This document shows, one piece after another, positions 1-16,500 of a stretch of 44,130 nucleotides of DNA. Location of the stretch: the NCBI GenBank assembly GCA_050261755.1, contig JBLNDP010000161.1, positions 1-44,130 on the forward strand. The letters are read 5' to 3'. The DNA is from Clostridia bacterium. Lineage in GTDB: Bacteria > Pseudomonadota > Gammaproteobacteria > Burkholderiales > SG8-39. A program made the position numbers and the translations under genes. Positions within the stretch are counted from its first letter, which is position 1. Every line of letters starts with the position of its first letter. The notes under the pieces were generated by a model. It made no database searches. It was not told where the DNA came from and saw only the letters and a program-made list of their open reading frames with translations.

Positions 1-210
1 GAGCCGGATCAAGCGGAGGAAATCGTTTCCTCCGGCAAGGCGGACATGGTCGCCATGGCGCGCGCCTTCCTCGACAACCCGCGCTGGGTCTGGCACGCGG
101 CCGAGCATTTCGGCGTGAAGCTCGACTATCCGCCGCCTTACGCGAGAAGCCATCCGGCGATCTGGCCTGGGACGAGGCTCGCGCGGCCGGCGCAGCGGTT
201 TCCCGCTTGA
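1..210 (+). CDS. NADH:flavin oxidoreductase / Old Yellow Enzyme family (YqjM/NamA-like), 3' partial
   Basis: Frame 1 reads [49 protein letters not shown]...FPA*, with TGA at 208-210. The ADxxxxARxxLxxPxW...P.xY pattern is typical of the OYE C-terminus. The 5' end lies outside the window. Confidence 0.8.
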   Translation, partial: EPDQAEEIVSSGKADMVAMARAFLDNPRWVWHAAEHFGVKLDYPPPYARSHPAIWPGTRLARPAQRFPA

Positions 211-217
211 TCAGGCT

Positions 218-808
218 ATGAAATCCCCGACACCCCGCCCACCGGACGAGGCGAAGATCGCCGGCCTCGTGCGCCAGCTGCTCCTCGAGCTCGGCGAAGA
301 CCCCGATCGCGAAGGCCTGCTGAAGACGCCCGAGCGCGTGGCGAAGGCGCTCGCCTTCCTCACTCACGGCTACCGCACCAAGCTCGGCGCGGTCATCAAC
401 CAGGCGCTCTTTACACAGGCGACGAGCAGCATGGTGATCGTCAAGGACATCGAGGTCTACAGCCTCTGCGAGCACCACATGCTGCCGTTCTTCGGCCGCT
501 GCCACATCGGCTACATCCCGGACGGCAAGGTCTTCGGCGTCAGCAAGCTTGCAAGGTTGGTCGACCTCTACGCCCGGCGGCTGCAGCTGCAGGAGCGGCT
601 CACCGAGCAGATCTCGCGGGTGGTCATGGAAGAGGTGGGGGCGAGAGGCGTAGGGGTCATGATCGAGGCGCGCCACCTGTGCATGATGATGCGCGGGGTG
701 GAGAAGCAGAACTCCACCATGGTGACCTCCTCGGTCCTCGGGGTCTTCCGCGAGCACCTCGCGACGCGCGAGGAATTCCTGAACCTGGTCGGCAGGCGCG
801 CCGGCTGA
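218..808 (+). CDS. folE: GTP cyclohydrolase I
   Basis: [40 protein letters not shown] and [11 protein letters not shown] motifs. Confidence 0.97.
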   Translation: MKSPTPRPPDEAKIAGLVRQLLLELGEDPDREGLLKTPERVAKALAFLTHGYRTKLGAVINQALFTQATSSMVIVKDIEVYSLCEHHMLPFFGRCHIGYIPDGKVFGVSKLARLVDLYARRLQLQERLTEQISRVVMEEVGARGVGVMIEARHLCMMMRGVEKQNSTMVTSSVLGVFREHLATREEFLNLVGRRAG

Positions 809-844
809 CTTATACTTCCCCCCCATGCGCAATGGGGAGGCGGC

Positions 845-1066
845 ATGCATCCGGCGATAATGGGGGCACTGGCGGGCCTGGGTCTCGCGATCGTCATCTA
901 CTCGATCGACTACATGGTGGTGAGCCGCAACGCCGCCGAGCGCGCCGCCCGCTACAAGAGGAAGCCGGAATTCGAGCCCACCGAGAAGACGGCGCTCGCC
1001 TCGCTCTTCCGCTTCCTGCTCCTCCTGCCGCCCGCCGGGGCGCTGCTCTTCTGGGTGCTCAGCTAG
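845..1066 (+). CDS. small hypothetical membrane protein (2 TM)
   Basis: 73 aa with hydrophobic N- and C-terminal segments; strong SD GGGGAGG at 834-840; the stop overlaps the convergent hslO stop. Confidence 0.7.
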   Translation: MHPAIMGALAGLGLAIVIYSIDYMVVSRNAAERAARYKRKPEFEPTEKTALASLFRFLLLLPPAGALLFWVLS

Positions 1067-1901
1067 CGAAGATCGCCGCGACGCCGCGCGCGTCGAAGCG
1101 GTACTCGTGGTTGCACATCTCGTTCCGGATCACGACCTCGCCTTTCTCGGCGAGGATCGACTCCACCTCCTCGCGGCCGAGGCCGCGCAGCATGTCCTTC
1201 ACCTTCTCCACGTCATAGGGGCAGTGGTACTCGACCGCGTATAGGCGGAAGACCCGCATGAGCTCCTCCGGGAAGAGGCGCGTGAGGAGGTCGTAGGGCT
1301 GCGCGTCGCGAGTCTCGTCGAGCTGCAGCGTGCCGGCGAGGTGCCTGACGCGGTCCCAGCCGTCGGGATCCTTCTGGTCCGCGCCGGGCAGCTTCTCGAG
1401 GAGAAGCCCGGCGACCGCGTCGCCGTCCGCGTAGAGCCGCAGCCAGGAAGAGAGCTGCTCCGACTGCGAGAGATAGTGCTCGAAGATGTCCTGCAGGCTT
1501 TCGCCCTCGAGCGGCACGAGGCTCTGGTACAGGCGGCCGGTGCTCTGGTCCTCGAGCGTGACGGACAATCGCCCGTCTCCCAGGAGGGTCCTCTCCGTTT
1601 TTTCTTCCGAAAAAACGCCGTCGTATTGCGCCATTCCCCGGATCTTCAGCTCGGCGGTGCAGTCGGCCACGAGGAGGCGAACCGGGCCTGAACCTTGCAC
1701 CTGCGTCGTGATTCGACCGGAACCCTTCTGGTTCGCGCCGAGGAGGACGTTGAGCGCAGTGGTGTGGCCGAGCAACGACACGATGCCGCCGGGATACGCG
1801 CGCCCGTCGAGCATCTGCCGCCACGCGCCGGTGAGGCAGACGAGGCGCCCGCGGATGTCGAGCTCCTCGAAGATGAAGCGCTGGACGTAGTCAGTCTGCA
1901 T
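1059..1901 (-). CDS. hslO: Hsp33 family redox chaperone (atypical, only two C-terminal Cys)
   Basis: MQTDYVQRFIFEELDIRGRLV, QVQGSGPVRLLVAD, YQSLVPL, HYLSQSEQL and GLLLEKLP are Hsp33 motifs. Start placed at ATG 1901; the longer ORF extension overlaps glgB. Confidence 0.92.
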   Translation of the reverse strand: MQTDYVQRFIFEELDIRGRLVCLTGAWRQMLDGRAYPGGIVSLLGHTTALNVLLGANQKGSGRITTQVQGSGPVRLLVADCTAELKIRGMAQYDGVFSEEKTERTLLGDGRLSVTLEDQSTGRLYQSLVPLEGESLQDIFEHYLSQSEQLSSWLRLYADGDAVAGLLLEKLPGADQKDPDGWDRVRHLAGTLQLDETRDAQPYDLLTRLFPEELMRVFRLYAVEYHCPYDVEKVKDMLRGLGREEVESILAEKGEVVIRNEMCNHEYRFDARGVAAIFAS

Positions 1902-1956
1902 GTCGATGAGGGCGCGGTAGCTCGTTCTTTTTTCTGATGATAAACCTCGAAAAGCG

Positions 1957-3864
1957 ATGAAAGCCGCCATTGCCCCGGGGCCGGCGCTGACCGGCCATGA
2001 CCAGTACCTCTTCCGCGAGGGCACGCACACGCGGCTCTACGAGCGGCTCGGTGCGCACGTCGTGAAGGACGGCTCGCGCGAAGCCGCGCATTTCGCGGTC
2101 TGGGCGCCGAACGCGCAGTCCGTCTCGGTCATCGGCGACTTCAACGGCTGGGACCCGCGCGCGCATCCCATGGAGGGCAGCGACGCGGGCGTCTGGCGGG
2201 CGCTGGTGCCGCAGGCGAAGAAGGGAACGGTCTACAAGTACCACATCGTCGCGCGGGGCGGCGCCTGGCGCGGCGACAAGGCCGACCCGTACGCGTTTCG
2301 CTGCGAGCTGCCGCCGCGCACCGGCTCCATCGTCTGGGACCTGGACTACCAGTGGGGCGACTCGCAGTGGATGCAGTCGCGCGCGCACGCGAATGCGCTC
2401 GGGTCGCCGTGGTCGGTCTACGAGGTGCACCTCGGCTCGTGGCGGCGCGATCCGTCGCAGCCCGGAAGGCTGCTGAGCTACGAGGAAGCGGCGCCGCAGC
2501 TCGCCGCCTACTGCAAGCAGATGGGCTTCACGCACGTCGAGCTCATGCCGGTGATGGAGCATCCGTTCTACGGCTCCTGGGGTTACCAGACGACAGGCTA
2601 CTTCGCGCCGAGTTCCCGCTACGGCTCGCCGCAGGACTTCATGCGCTTCGTCGATCTCCTGCACCAGCAGGGGATCGGCGTGGTGCTCGACTGGGTGCCG
2701 TCGCACTTCCCCTGGGACGCGCATGGCCTCGGCTATTTCGACGGCACGCACCTCTACGAGCACGCCGATCCTCGGCAGGGCCACCATCCGGACTGGGCCA
2801 GCGCGATCTTCAACTACGGAAGAAACGAAGTCCGGGCATTCCTCGCCTCGAGCGCCCACTTCTGGCTGCAGAAGTACCACGCCGACGGACTGCGCGTCGA
2901 CGCGGTCGCCTCGATGCTCTACCTCGACTACGGGCGCAAGCACGGCGAGTGGATCCCGAACCGCTTCGGCGGCCGGGAGAACCTCGACGCGATCGAGTTC
3001 CTGCGCTTCCTCAACGAGAGCGTGTACCGCGACTTCCCGGACGTGCAGACGATCGCCGAGGAATCGACCGCCTGGCCGCAGGTGTCGCGCCCGACGTACC
3101 TCGGCGGCCTGGGCTTCGGCATGAAGTGGAACATGGGCTGGATGCACGACACGCTCAACTACTTCAAGAACGACCCGGTCTTCCGCAAGTACCGCCACGA
3201 CGAGCTCACCTTCAGCCTCGTCTACGCCTTCCACGAGAACTTCGTCCTGCCCCTCTCGCACGACGAGGTGGTGCACGGCAAGGGCTCGCTCATCGGCCGC
3301 ATGCCGGGCGACGCGTGGCAGCAGTTCGCCAACCTGCGCCTGCTCTTCGGCTACATGTGGGGCCACCCGGGCAAGAAGATGCTTTTCATGGGCGACGAGT
3401 TCGGCCAGCGCCGGGAGTGGACGCACGAGCAGAGCCTCGAGTGGCACGTGCTCGGCATGGATTCGAGGCACGAGGGCGTGCAGCGCTGGGTCGCGGATTT
3501 GAATGATCTTTACAAGAAAGAAGCTTCCCTCCACGGGAACGACTTCTCGCATGAAGGGTTCGAATGGATCCGCCGCGGCGACTGGGAGCAGAGCGTCCTC
3601 GTGTTCCTGCGCAAGGCGCACGGCGAGAAGCCGGTGCTGGTCGCCTGCAACTTCACCCCCGTGCCGAGGATGAACTACCGCGTCGGCGTGCCGTGCGGCG
3701 GCTACTGGCGCGAGCTGCTGAACAGCGATGCGCCGGTGTACGGCGGCGGCGGCGTCGGCAACTACGGCGGCGTCGAGGCGCAGTCCGTCTCGTGCGACGG
3801 CCACGGCCATTCCCTCTCGCTCAACCTGCCTCCCCTTGGAGCGATTTTCCTCAAGCCTGCATAA
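1957..3864 (+). CDS. glgB: 1,4-alpha-glucan branching enzyme (GH13, short N-terminus type)
   Basis: [50 protein letters not shown] and [13 protein letters not shown] motifs. Confidence 0.97.
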   Translation: MKAAIAPGPALTGHDQYLFREGTHTRLYERLGAHVVKDGSREAAHFAVWAPNAQSVSVIGDFNGWDPRAHPMEGSDAGVWRALVPQAKKGTVYKYHIVARGGAWRGDKADPYAFRCELPPRTGSIVWDLDYQWGDSQWMQSRAHANALGSPWSVYEVHLGSWRRDPSQPGRLLSYEEAAPQLAAYCKQMGFTHVELMPVMEHPFYGSWGYQTTGYFAPSSRYGSPQDFMRFVDLLHQQGIGVVLDWVPSHFPWDAHGLGYFDGTHLYEHADPRQGHHPDWASAIFNYGRNEVRAFLASSAHFWLQKYHADGLRVDAVASMLYLDYGRKHGEWIPNRFGGRENLDAIEFLRFLNESVYRDFPDVQTIAEESTAWPQVSRPTYLGGLGFGMKWNMGWMHDTLNYFKNDPVFRKYRHDELTFSLVYAFHENFVLPLSHDEVVHGKGSLIGRMPGDAWQQFANLRLLFGYMWGHPGKKMLFMGDEFGQRREWTHEQSLEWHVLGMDSRHEGVQRWVADLNDLYKKEASLHGNDFSHEGFEWIRRGDWEQSVLVFLRKAHGEKPVLVACNFTPVPRMNYRVGVPCGGYWRELLNSDAPVYGGGGVGNYGGVEAQSVSCDGHGHSLSLNLPPLGAIFLKPA

Positions 3865-5750
3865 GCTCGCCGCCGGAACGGAGCACGCGCCCGGGCGCGC
3901 CATCGTCGAGTCGGTGCGCCCGGAGGTCGACTGCGGCCGTTTCCCGGTGAAGCGCGTCGTCGGCGAGCAGGTCCTGGTCGAGGCCGACGTCTTCGCGGAC
4001 GGGCACGATGCCGTCCAGGCCGAGCTTGTCTATAAATTCGAGAAAGAAAAGACGTGGAACGCGATCCCCATGCAATTCCACGGGAACGACCGCTGGAGCG
4101 CGTCGTTCACCGTGGAGAAGATGGGCCGCTACCAGTACACCGTGCGCGGCTGGACCGATCCGTTCCTCACCTGGCAGCGTGACCTCGTGAAGCGCCGCGA
4201 GGCGGGGCAGGACCTGTCGACCGATTTCCTCATCGGCGCCGGGTTGGTCCCTTCGCCTCTCAAGGATCTCCTTTCCGATCCAGGCAAGAGCAGCGACGAG
4301 CGCTACGACGCTGCACTGGCGGCTACGCCGGCCCCTCCGGACGCTTCACGCGTTACGACATATGAAAGGGTCCTGGAGGTTTCAGTGGACGCCGTCAAGG
4401 CGAGGTTCTCGAGCTGGTACGAGATGTTCCCGCGCTCCGCGCGCGGCGACGGCGTGCACGGCACCTTCCGCGATCTGGCCGAGCGGTTGCCCTACGTGGC
4501 GGAGCTGGGCTTCGACGTGCTGTACCTGCCGCCGATCCATCCCATCGGCATGACGGCGCGCAAGGGCAAGAACAACGCGGTGGCGGCGGAGCCGGGCGAT
4601 GTCGGCAGCCCGTGGGCGATCGGCGCGAAGGAGGGTGGGCACAAGGCAGTCCACCCGGCGCTCGGATCGCTCGCCGATTTTGAATTTCTGGTTAGTGAAG
4701 CAAAAAAACAAAACATCGATGTCGCGCTCGACATCGCGTTCCAGACGTCCCCCGACCACCCGTACGTCACCGAGCACCCGAAGTGGTTCCGCTGGCGGCC
4801 GGACGGAACGGTGCAGTACGCGGAGAACCCGCCGAAGAAGTACCAGGACATCTATCCGTTCGAATTCGAGTCGGAAGAATGGCCGGAGCTCTTCGACGAG
4901 CTGAAGAGCGTGTTTGCCTTCTGGGTCGCGAAAGGCGTCCGCATCTTCAGGGTCGACAACCCGCACACCAAGGCCTTCGCGTTCTGGGAATGGGCAATCG
5001 GCGAGCTGAAGCGCGAGCATCCCGAGCTGATCTTCCTCGCCGAGGCCTTTACGCGCCCGCGGGTGATGCACCGGCTCGCGAAGCTCGGCTTCAACCAGTC
5101 CTACACGTACTTCACGTGGAGGAATTCCAAGCACGAGCTGGTCGAGTACTTCACCGAGCTGACCCAGGACGCTTCGCGGGAATACTTCCGCCCCAACTGC
5201 TGGCCGAACACGCCCGACATCCTGCACGAACAGCTCCAGCACGGCGGACGGGCGATGTTCATCTCGCGCCTGGTGCTCGCATCGACGCTGGCGGCGAACT
5301 ACGGCATCTATGGCCCGGCGTACGAGCTGATGGAGCACGCGCCGCTCAAGCCCGGCAGCGAGGAGTACCTCCATTCCGAGAAGTACGAGATCCGCAAATG
5401 GGACTTCGCGCGCTCCGACAGCCTCGCGCCGATCGCCTCGCGGCTGAACCGGATCCGCAAGGAGAACCCGGCCCTGCAGTCGGACTGGAGCCTGCGCTTC
5501 CACAACATCGCGAACGACCAGCTGATTTGCTACACCAAGAAGTCAGGCGAGAACCTGGTCCTCACTTGCGTCAACCTCGATCCCCACAACGTCCAGTCCG
5601 GCTGGCTCGAGCTCCCCCTTGCCGAGCTCGACATCCCGGCGGGCGAGGAATTCCTGGTCGAGGACCTCCTGGGAGGCGGCCGCTACCTCTGGAAAGGCGC
5701 CTGGAACTACATCGAGCTCAGCCCCTTCACGCTTCCCGCACACGTCTTCC

Positions 5751-9037
<3,287 letters not shown>

Positions 9038-9041
<4 letters not shown>

Positions 9042-9706
9042 ACGGCATCGACGTCCTCATCGAGCCTCTGCGCGCGTTCCTGCACCAGGTCGGCGACCTG
9101 CTTCCTCGGCTGCTCATCGCGCTTATCGTGGTCATCGCCGGCTGGGTGCTGGCGAAGGCGATGCGCTACGCCGCCATGCGCGGCCTGCGCGCGGTCAACT
9201 TCAACGTGCTGACCGAGCGGGCCGGCCTCGACGGCTTCCTCCGCAACGGCGGCATCCAGGCAGACACGACCGAGATCGTGGCTCGCCTTTGCTACTGGCT
9301 GGTCATCCTCGCCGCGCTCCTCATCGCCTTCAACAGCCTGGGCCTCGTCTACGTCACGGACCTCCTCGGCCGGGTGCTGCTCTTCGTGCCGCGCCTGCTC
9401 GTGGCGATCCTCGTCCTGGCTTTCGGCGCCTACTTCGCGGGATTCGTGGCCAACGCCATCGTGGCGTACTGCCGGAACATCCACGTCCAGGACGCCGACC
9501 TGCTCGGCCGCATCGCCCAGTACGCGATCGTGACCTTCGTCGTCCTCATCGCCCTCGACACGCTGAACGTCGGTGGCGACATCATCCGCCAGACCTTCCT
9601 CATCCTCCTCGCCGGCGTGGTGTTCGCCTTCGCGCTCGCCTTCGGCCTCGGCGGGCAGGACTGGGCGCGCGAGATGCTCGAGCGCTGGTGGCCTCGGAAG
9701 AAATAG
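9038..9706 (+). CDS. membrane protein with conserved TM-helix repeats (CmpX / MscS N-terminal-like)
   Basis: ATG 9038 overlaps the treS stop (ATGA); 222 aa, multi-TM, with two 'PRL...ILV' repeats and the C-terminal AFALAFGLGG motif. Confidence 0.8.
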
Positions 9707-9741
9707 CCGTCCTGCAACCAAGAAACCAACGGAAAGAATAA

Positions 9742-11900
<2,159 letters not shown>

Positions 11901-11904
<4 letters not shown>

Positions 11905-13583
11905 ACCCCTTTGGCGCCGAGCTGATACCTGGCGGCGGCGTCCGCTTTCGCCTGTGGGCTCCTGCGGCGAAGGGGGTGGAACTGTCTTTTCAAGATTCTT
12001 TTCTTCCCATGGAAAGAAAAGAAGAAGGATTCTTCGAAAAGACCGTTCCGTCCGCGAAGGCCGGGGACCTGTACCGATACCGGATCGACGGCGGGCTGCT
12101 CGTGCCCGACCCGGCATCGCGTTTCCAGCCGCAGGACGTCGACGGGCCGAGCGAGGTGATCGACCCGTCGGCTTTCGAGTGGGACGAGGGCGGCTGGAAG
12201 GGGCGGCCGTGGGGCGAAGCGCTGGTCTACGAGCTCCACGTCGGTACCTTCACTTCGCTCGGCACCTACAAGGGGATTGAAGAGAAGCTGGAGCACCTCG
12301 CGAGCACCGGCATCACCGCCATCGAGCTCATGCCGCTCGCCGATTTCGCCGGACGGCGCAATTGGGGCTACGACGGCGTGCTGCCGTACGCGCCGGACAG
12401 CGCCTACGGGCGGCCCGAGGAGCTGAAGAACCTGGTGCAGGCGGCGCATCGTGCAGGCCTCATGGTGTTCCTGGACGTGGTCTACAACCACTTCGGGCCA
12501 AAGGGAAATTATCTCCACGCCTACGCGCCGCAATTCTTCACGAACCGCCACGAGACGCCGTGGGGCGCGGCAATCGATTTCCACCAGGAGTGGGTGCGCG
12601 AGTACTTCATCGGCAACGCGCTGTACTGGCTGGGCGAATATCGCCTCGACGGCCTTCGCTTCGACGCCGTGCACGCGATCTTCGATTCTTCCCCAAAGCA
12701 CTTTCTCGTCGAGCTCGCCGAGCGGGTGAAGGATGAATGCGGTGAAAAGCACCTGATCCTGGAGAACGACGCGAACCAGGCGAGATTCCTCGGGCCCGGG
12801 AAGTTCACTGCGCAGTGGAACGACGACTCGCACCACGGCTACCACGTCCTCGCGACGGGCGAGCGGGACGGCTATTACGTCGCCTACGCCGATGCGCCGG
12901 CGAAGCACCTGGCGCGTTGCCTCGCCGAAGGCTTCGCGTACCAGGGAGAGGTCTCGGCCTTCACCAGCGAAAAGCGCGGCGAGCGCAGCGCTCACCTGCC
13001 GCCGTCGGCGTTCGTCGACTTCATGCAGAACCACGACCAGATCGGCAACCGCGCCTTCGGCGAGCGCCTCGTGGTCCTGTCGCAGGAACGCAAATTGAAG
13101 GCGTTGAGCGCCATCCTGCTCCTGGCGCCCTCGCCGCCGATGCTGTTCATGGGCGAGGAATGGGGCTGCCGGCAGCCGTTCCTGTTCTTCGCCGACTTCG
13201 AAGGCGAGCTCGGCGACGCGGTGCGCAACGGCCGCCGCGAGGAGTTCAAGCGCTTCGCTTCCTTCAAGGACGAGATCCCGGATCCGATCGCCGAGGAGAC
13301 GTTCCGGCGTTGCGTGCTGCGTTGGGACGAAGTCGACCCGGCCTGGCTCCAGCACTACAAGAGCCTCATTGCCCTCCGGACGCTTCATATCGCCCCGAGG
13401 GAGTGGGGTTCCGGCCAATACACCATGAAAGGCGAGTGCGCATTCGAGGTCACCTGGGGTGCTTTGCGCTTGCGCGCCAACTGCGGCGATCGGGCCATCG
13501 ACATGAGAGGGGACAAGGGAACCCTCTGGTCGAACGGCGCGCCGGGGGCGCCGTGGTCGGTGAACTGGAGCCTCGATGGCTGA
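11901..13583 (+). CDS. treZ: malto-oligosyltrehalose trehalohydrolase
   Basis: ATG 11901 overlaps the glgX stop; FRLWAP, PDPASRFQP, YELHVGTFT, WGYDGV, DGLRFDAVHAI, QNHDQIGNR and LFMGEEWG motifs. Confidence 0.95.
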
Positions 13584-16500
13584 AGTCGCCGAGTCCTACC
13601 TCGACGTCTGGGGGCGGCCGAAGCCCATCGACCCGCAGGTGCGCGCAGCGCTGATGGCGGCGCTGGAAGGGGTGCGCCTCTCCAGCAAGAAGATCTCCAT
13701 CGAACGAGCGAAATGCTTCCAGCCGCCTTTGCTGGAAGAGGGCGGCCGGCTATGGGGCTTCACGGTGCAGCTCTACGGGCTGCGATCGCAGAGGAACTGG
13801 GGGATCGGCGATTTCGGCGACCTGCGCCGTCTCGCCGAGCTCTCCGGCCGGATGGGCGCGGGAATCCTCGGCGTCAATCCGCTGCACGCAACGAGCGGCA
13901 CGAGTCCCTACAGCCCCTCGAGCCGCCACGCGCTCAACGTCCTCTACATCGACGTGGACGCGCTGCCGGAGTTTGGCGCGGTTCGTCATCGGCTGGACAA
14001 GAAGTTCTGGAAGGGGATCGAGCGCCTCAAGGCCGCGCCGCTGGTGGACTACGACGGCGTGCGGGCCGCCAAGCTCCAGGCGCTGGAGCTCGCCTATCGC
14101 GCGCTCAGGGACCGCAAGGGGCTCGCGGCATTCGCGAGGTCGGCGTCCCGCGAGCTGCGCGACTTCGCCATCTTCGAGGCGCTGCGCGAGAAGTTCGGCG
14201 GCGGCTGGCCGGGCTGGCCGGAGCCGTATCGCTCTCCCTCTTCTTCCGCGGTGCGGGCATTCGAGAAGAAGAACCGGAAGCGAGTCGATTTCCACCTTTG
14301 GCTGCAGTGGCGGGCGCGGCAGCAGCTCGATGCGGCGCAGGCCGCCTGCCAGGCGGCCGGCATGCCGGTCGGCCTGTACGTCGACCTGGCGCTCGGCGCC
14401 GATGGCGGCGGGGCCGAGACCTGGAGCGACCAGGCGGCGTTCGCGCCCGGCGTCTCGATCGGCGCGCCGCCCGACGAGTTCAATCCGAAAGGGCAGGACT
14501 GGGGCCTGCCGCCGTATTCGCCGCGCGCGCTGGCGGCGCAAGCGTACGAGCCCTTCGCCAACCTGCTGCGCGCCAACATGCCCCGGGGCGGAGCGCTGCG
14601 GATGGATCACGTCATGTCGCTCATGCGGTTGTGGTGGATCCCGCACGGAAACAAGCCGGAGCAGGGCGGCTACGTGCATTACCCGTTCGAGGACCTCCTC
14701 GGGATCCTCGCGCGCGAAAGCCGCGCGCGGCGCTGCCTGGTGGTCGGCGAGGACCTGGGCACGGTGCTGCCGGAATTCCGGCATGCGCTCAACCAGGCCG
14801 GCGTCCTTTCCTACCGGCCGTTGCTCTTCGAGAAGCTCCCCGACGGCCGCTTCTCCCCGCCGGAGGCCTACCCGCGCGAAGCGCTCGTGTGCGTCACCAC
14901 GCACGATCTCCCCACATGGAAGGGATTTTTCGAAGGCGGCGATCTTTCGCTTCGGCGCGACTTGGGCCTTAGCGTCGATCCCGAGAAGGAATGTCAATCG
15001 CGGGAGCAGGATCAGAAAGGATTGCAGGAAGCGCTCAAGGGCGAGGATCCGCACGCTTTCCTCGCACGCACGCCCGCAAAGCTGCTCGTCGTGCAGCCTG
15101 AGGACGTGCTCGGGCTCGAGGAGCAGGCGAACCTGCCGGGCACCGTCGCCGAGCATCCCAACTGGCGGCGCAAGCTGCCGCTGCCGCTCGAGCAATGGCG
15201 CGGCGACGAGCGCATGGCGGCCCTCGTGCGCAGCATGGCGGGACGCGGCGGCCGCACGCGCGTGCCCCGCGCGACCTACCGCTTCCAGTTCCACAAGGGC
15301 TTCCGCTTCGCCGATGCGACGCGGCTCGTGCCCTACCTCGCGAAGCTCGGCGTGAGCCATGTCTACGCCTCGCCTTTCCTCAAGGCGCGCCCCGGCAGCA
15401 CGCACGGCTACGACATCGTCGACCACAACCAGATCAACCCCGAGATCGGCACGCGCGGGGAGCTCGATGCGCTCGTCGCGGAGCTCGTGCGGCACCGCAT
15501 GGGGCTCGTGATGGACATCGTGCCGAACCACATGGGCGTCCTGCACGGCGACAACGCCTGGTGGCAGGACGTGCTCGCGCGCGGCCGCGCGTCGCCGTAC
15601 GCGCGCTACTTCGACATCGACTGGCTGCCCGCGAAGCGGGAGCTCTGGGGCAAGGTGCTGCTGGGCATCCTCGGCAAGCATTACGGGCAGGCGCTGGAAG
15701 ACGGCGACATCAAGCTCGAAAAGAACGGCGTCCGCTATTTCGACCATCTCTTTCCCTTGAACAGGGCCCTGAAGGGAAAGACGAAAGGCGCGCTCGCGCT
15801 GCACCGGCTGCTGGAGAAGCAGCACTATCGCCTCGCGTACTGGCGGGTCGCGGGCGACGAGATCAACTACCGGCGTTTCTTCGAGATCGTGGACCTCGCG
15901 GCGCTGCGGCAAGAGGACCCCGCGGTATTCGAGGCGACGCACGGCCTGGTGGCGGAGCTGGCTCATCGGCCCGGCGTGGACGGGTTGAGGGTGGACCACC
16001 CCGATGGCCTCGCGGACCCGAGGACGTACTTCCGGCGCCTGCAGGAGAAGTGCGGCCATCCGTGGCTCGTGGTCGAGAAGATCGTCGCCGACCACGAGAG
16101 CCTCCCGGAGGACTGGCCGGTGGATGGAACCACGGGGTATCGGTTCGCCAACCTGCTCACGGGCTTGTTCGTCGATGGAAATTCCGAGCGGCTGTTCGAT
16201 CGCATCTATCAGCGCTTCACCGGCGACCGGCGGCCCTTCGAGCAGATCTCCTACGAGAGCCGCATGCTGATCATGAACACGACGCTCTCGGCGGACCTGC
16301 ACCGGCTCGCGACGCGGCTTGCGCGCATCGCCTCGGGGAACCGCTTCACCCGCGACTACACGGCGAGCGGCCTGCGGCTCGCCCTGCGCGAGGTGGCCGC
16401 GCGCTTCCCGGTGTACCGGACCTACGTCACGGCGGCCGGCGCGAGCGAGGCGGACCGGAAGCACATCGACTGGGCGATCGGCAAGGCGAAGCGGGCCAGC

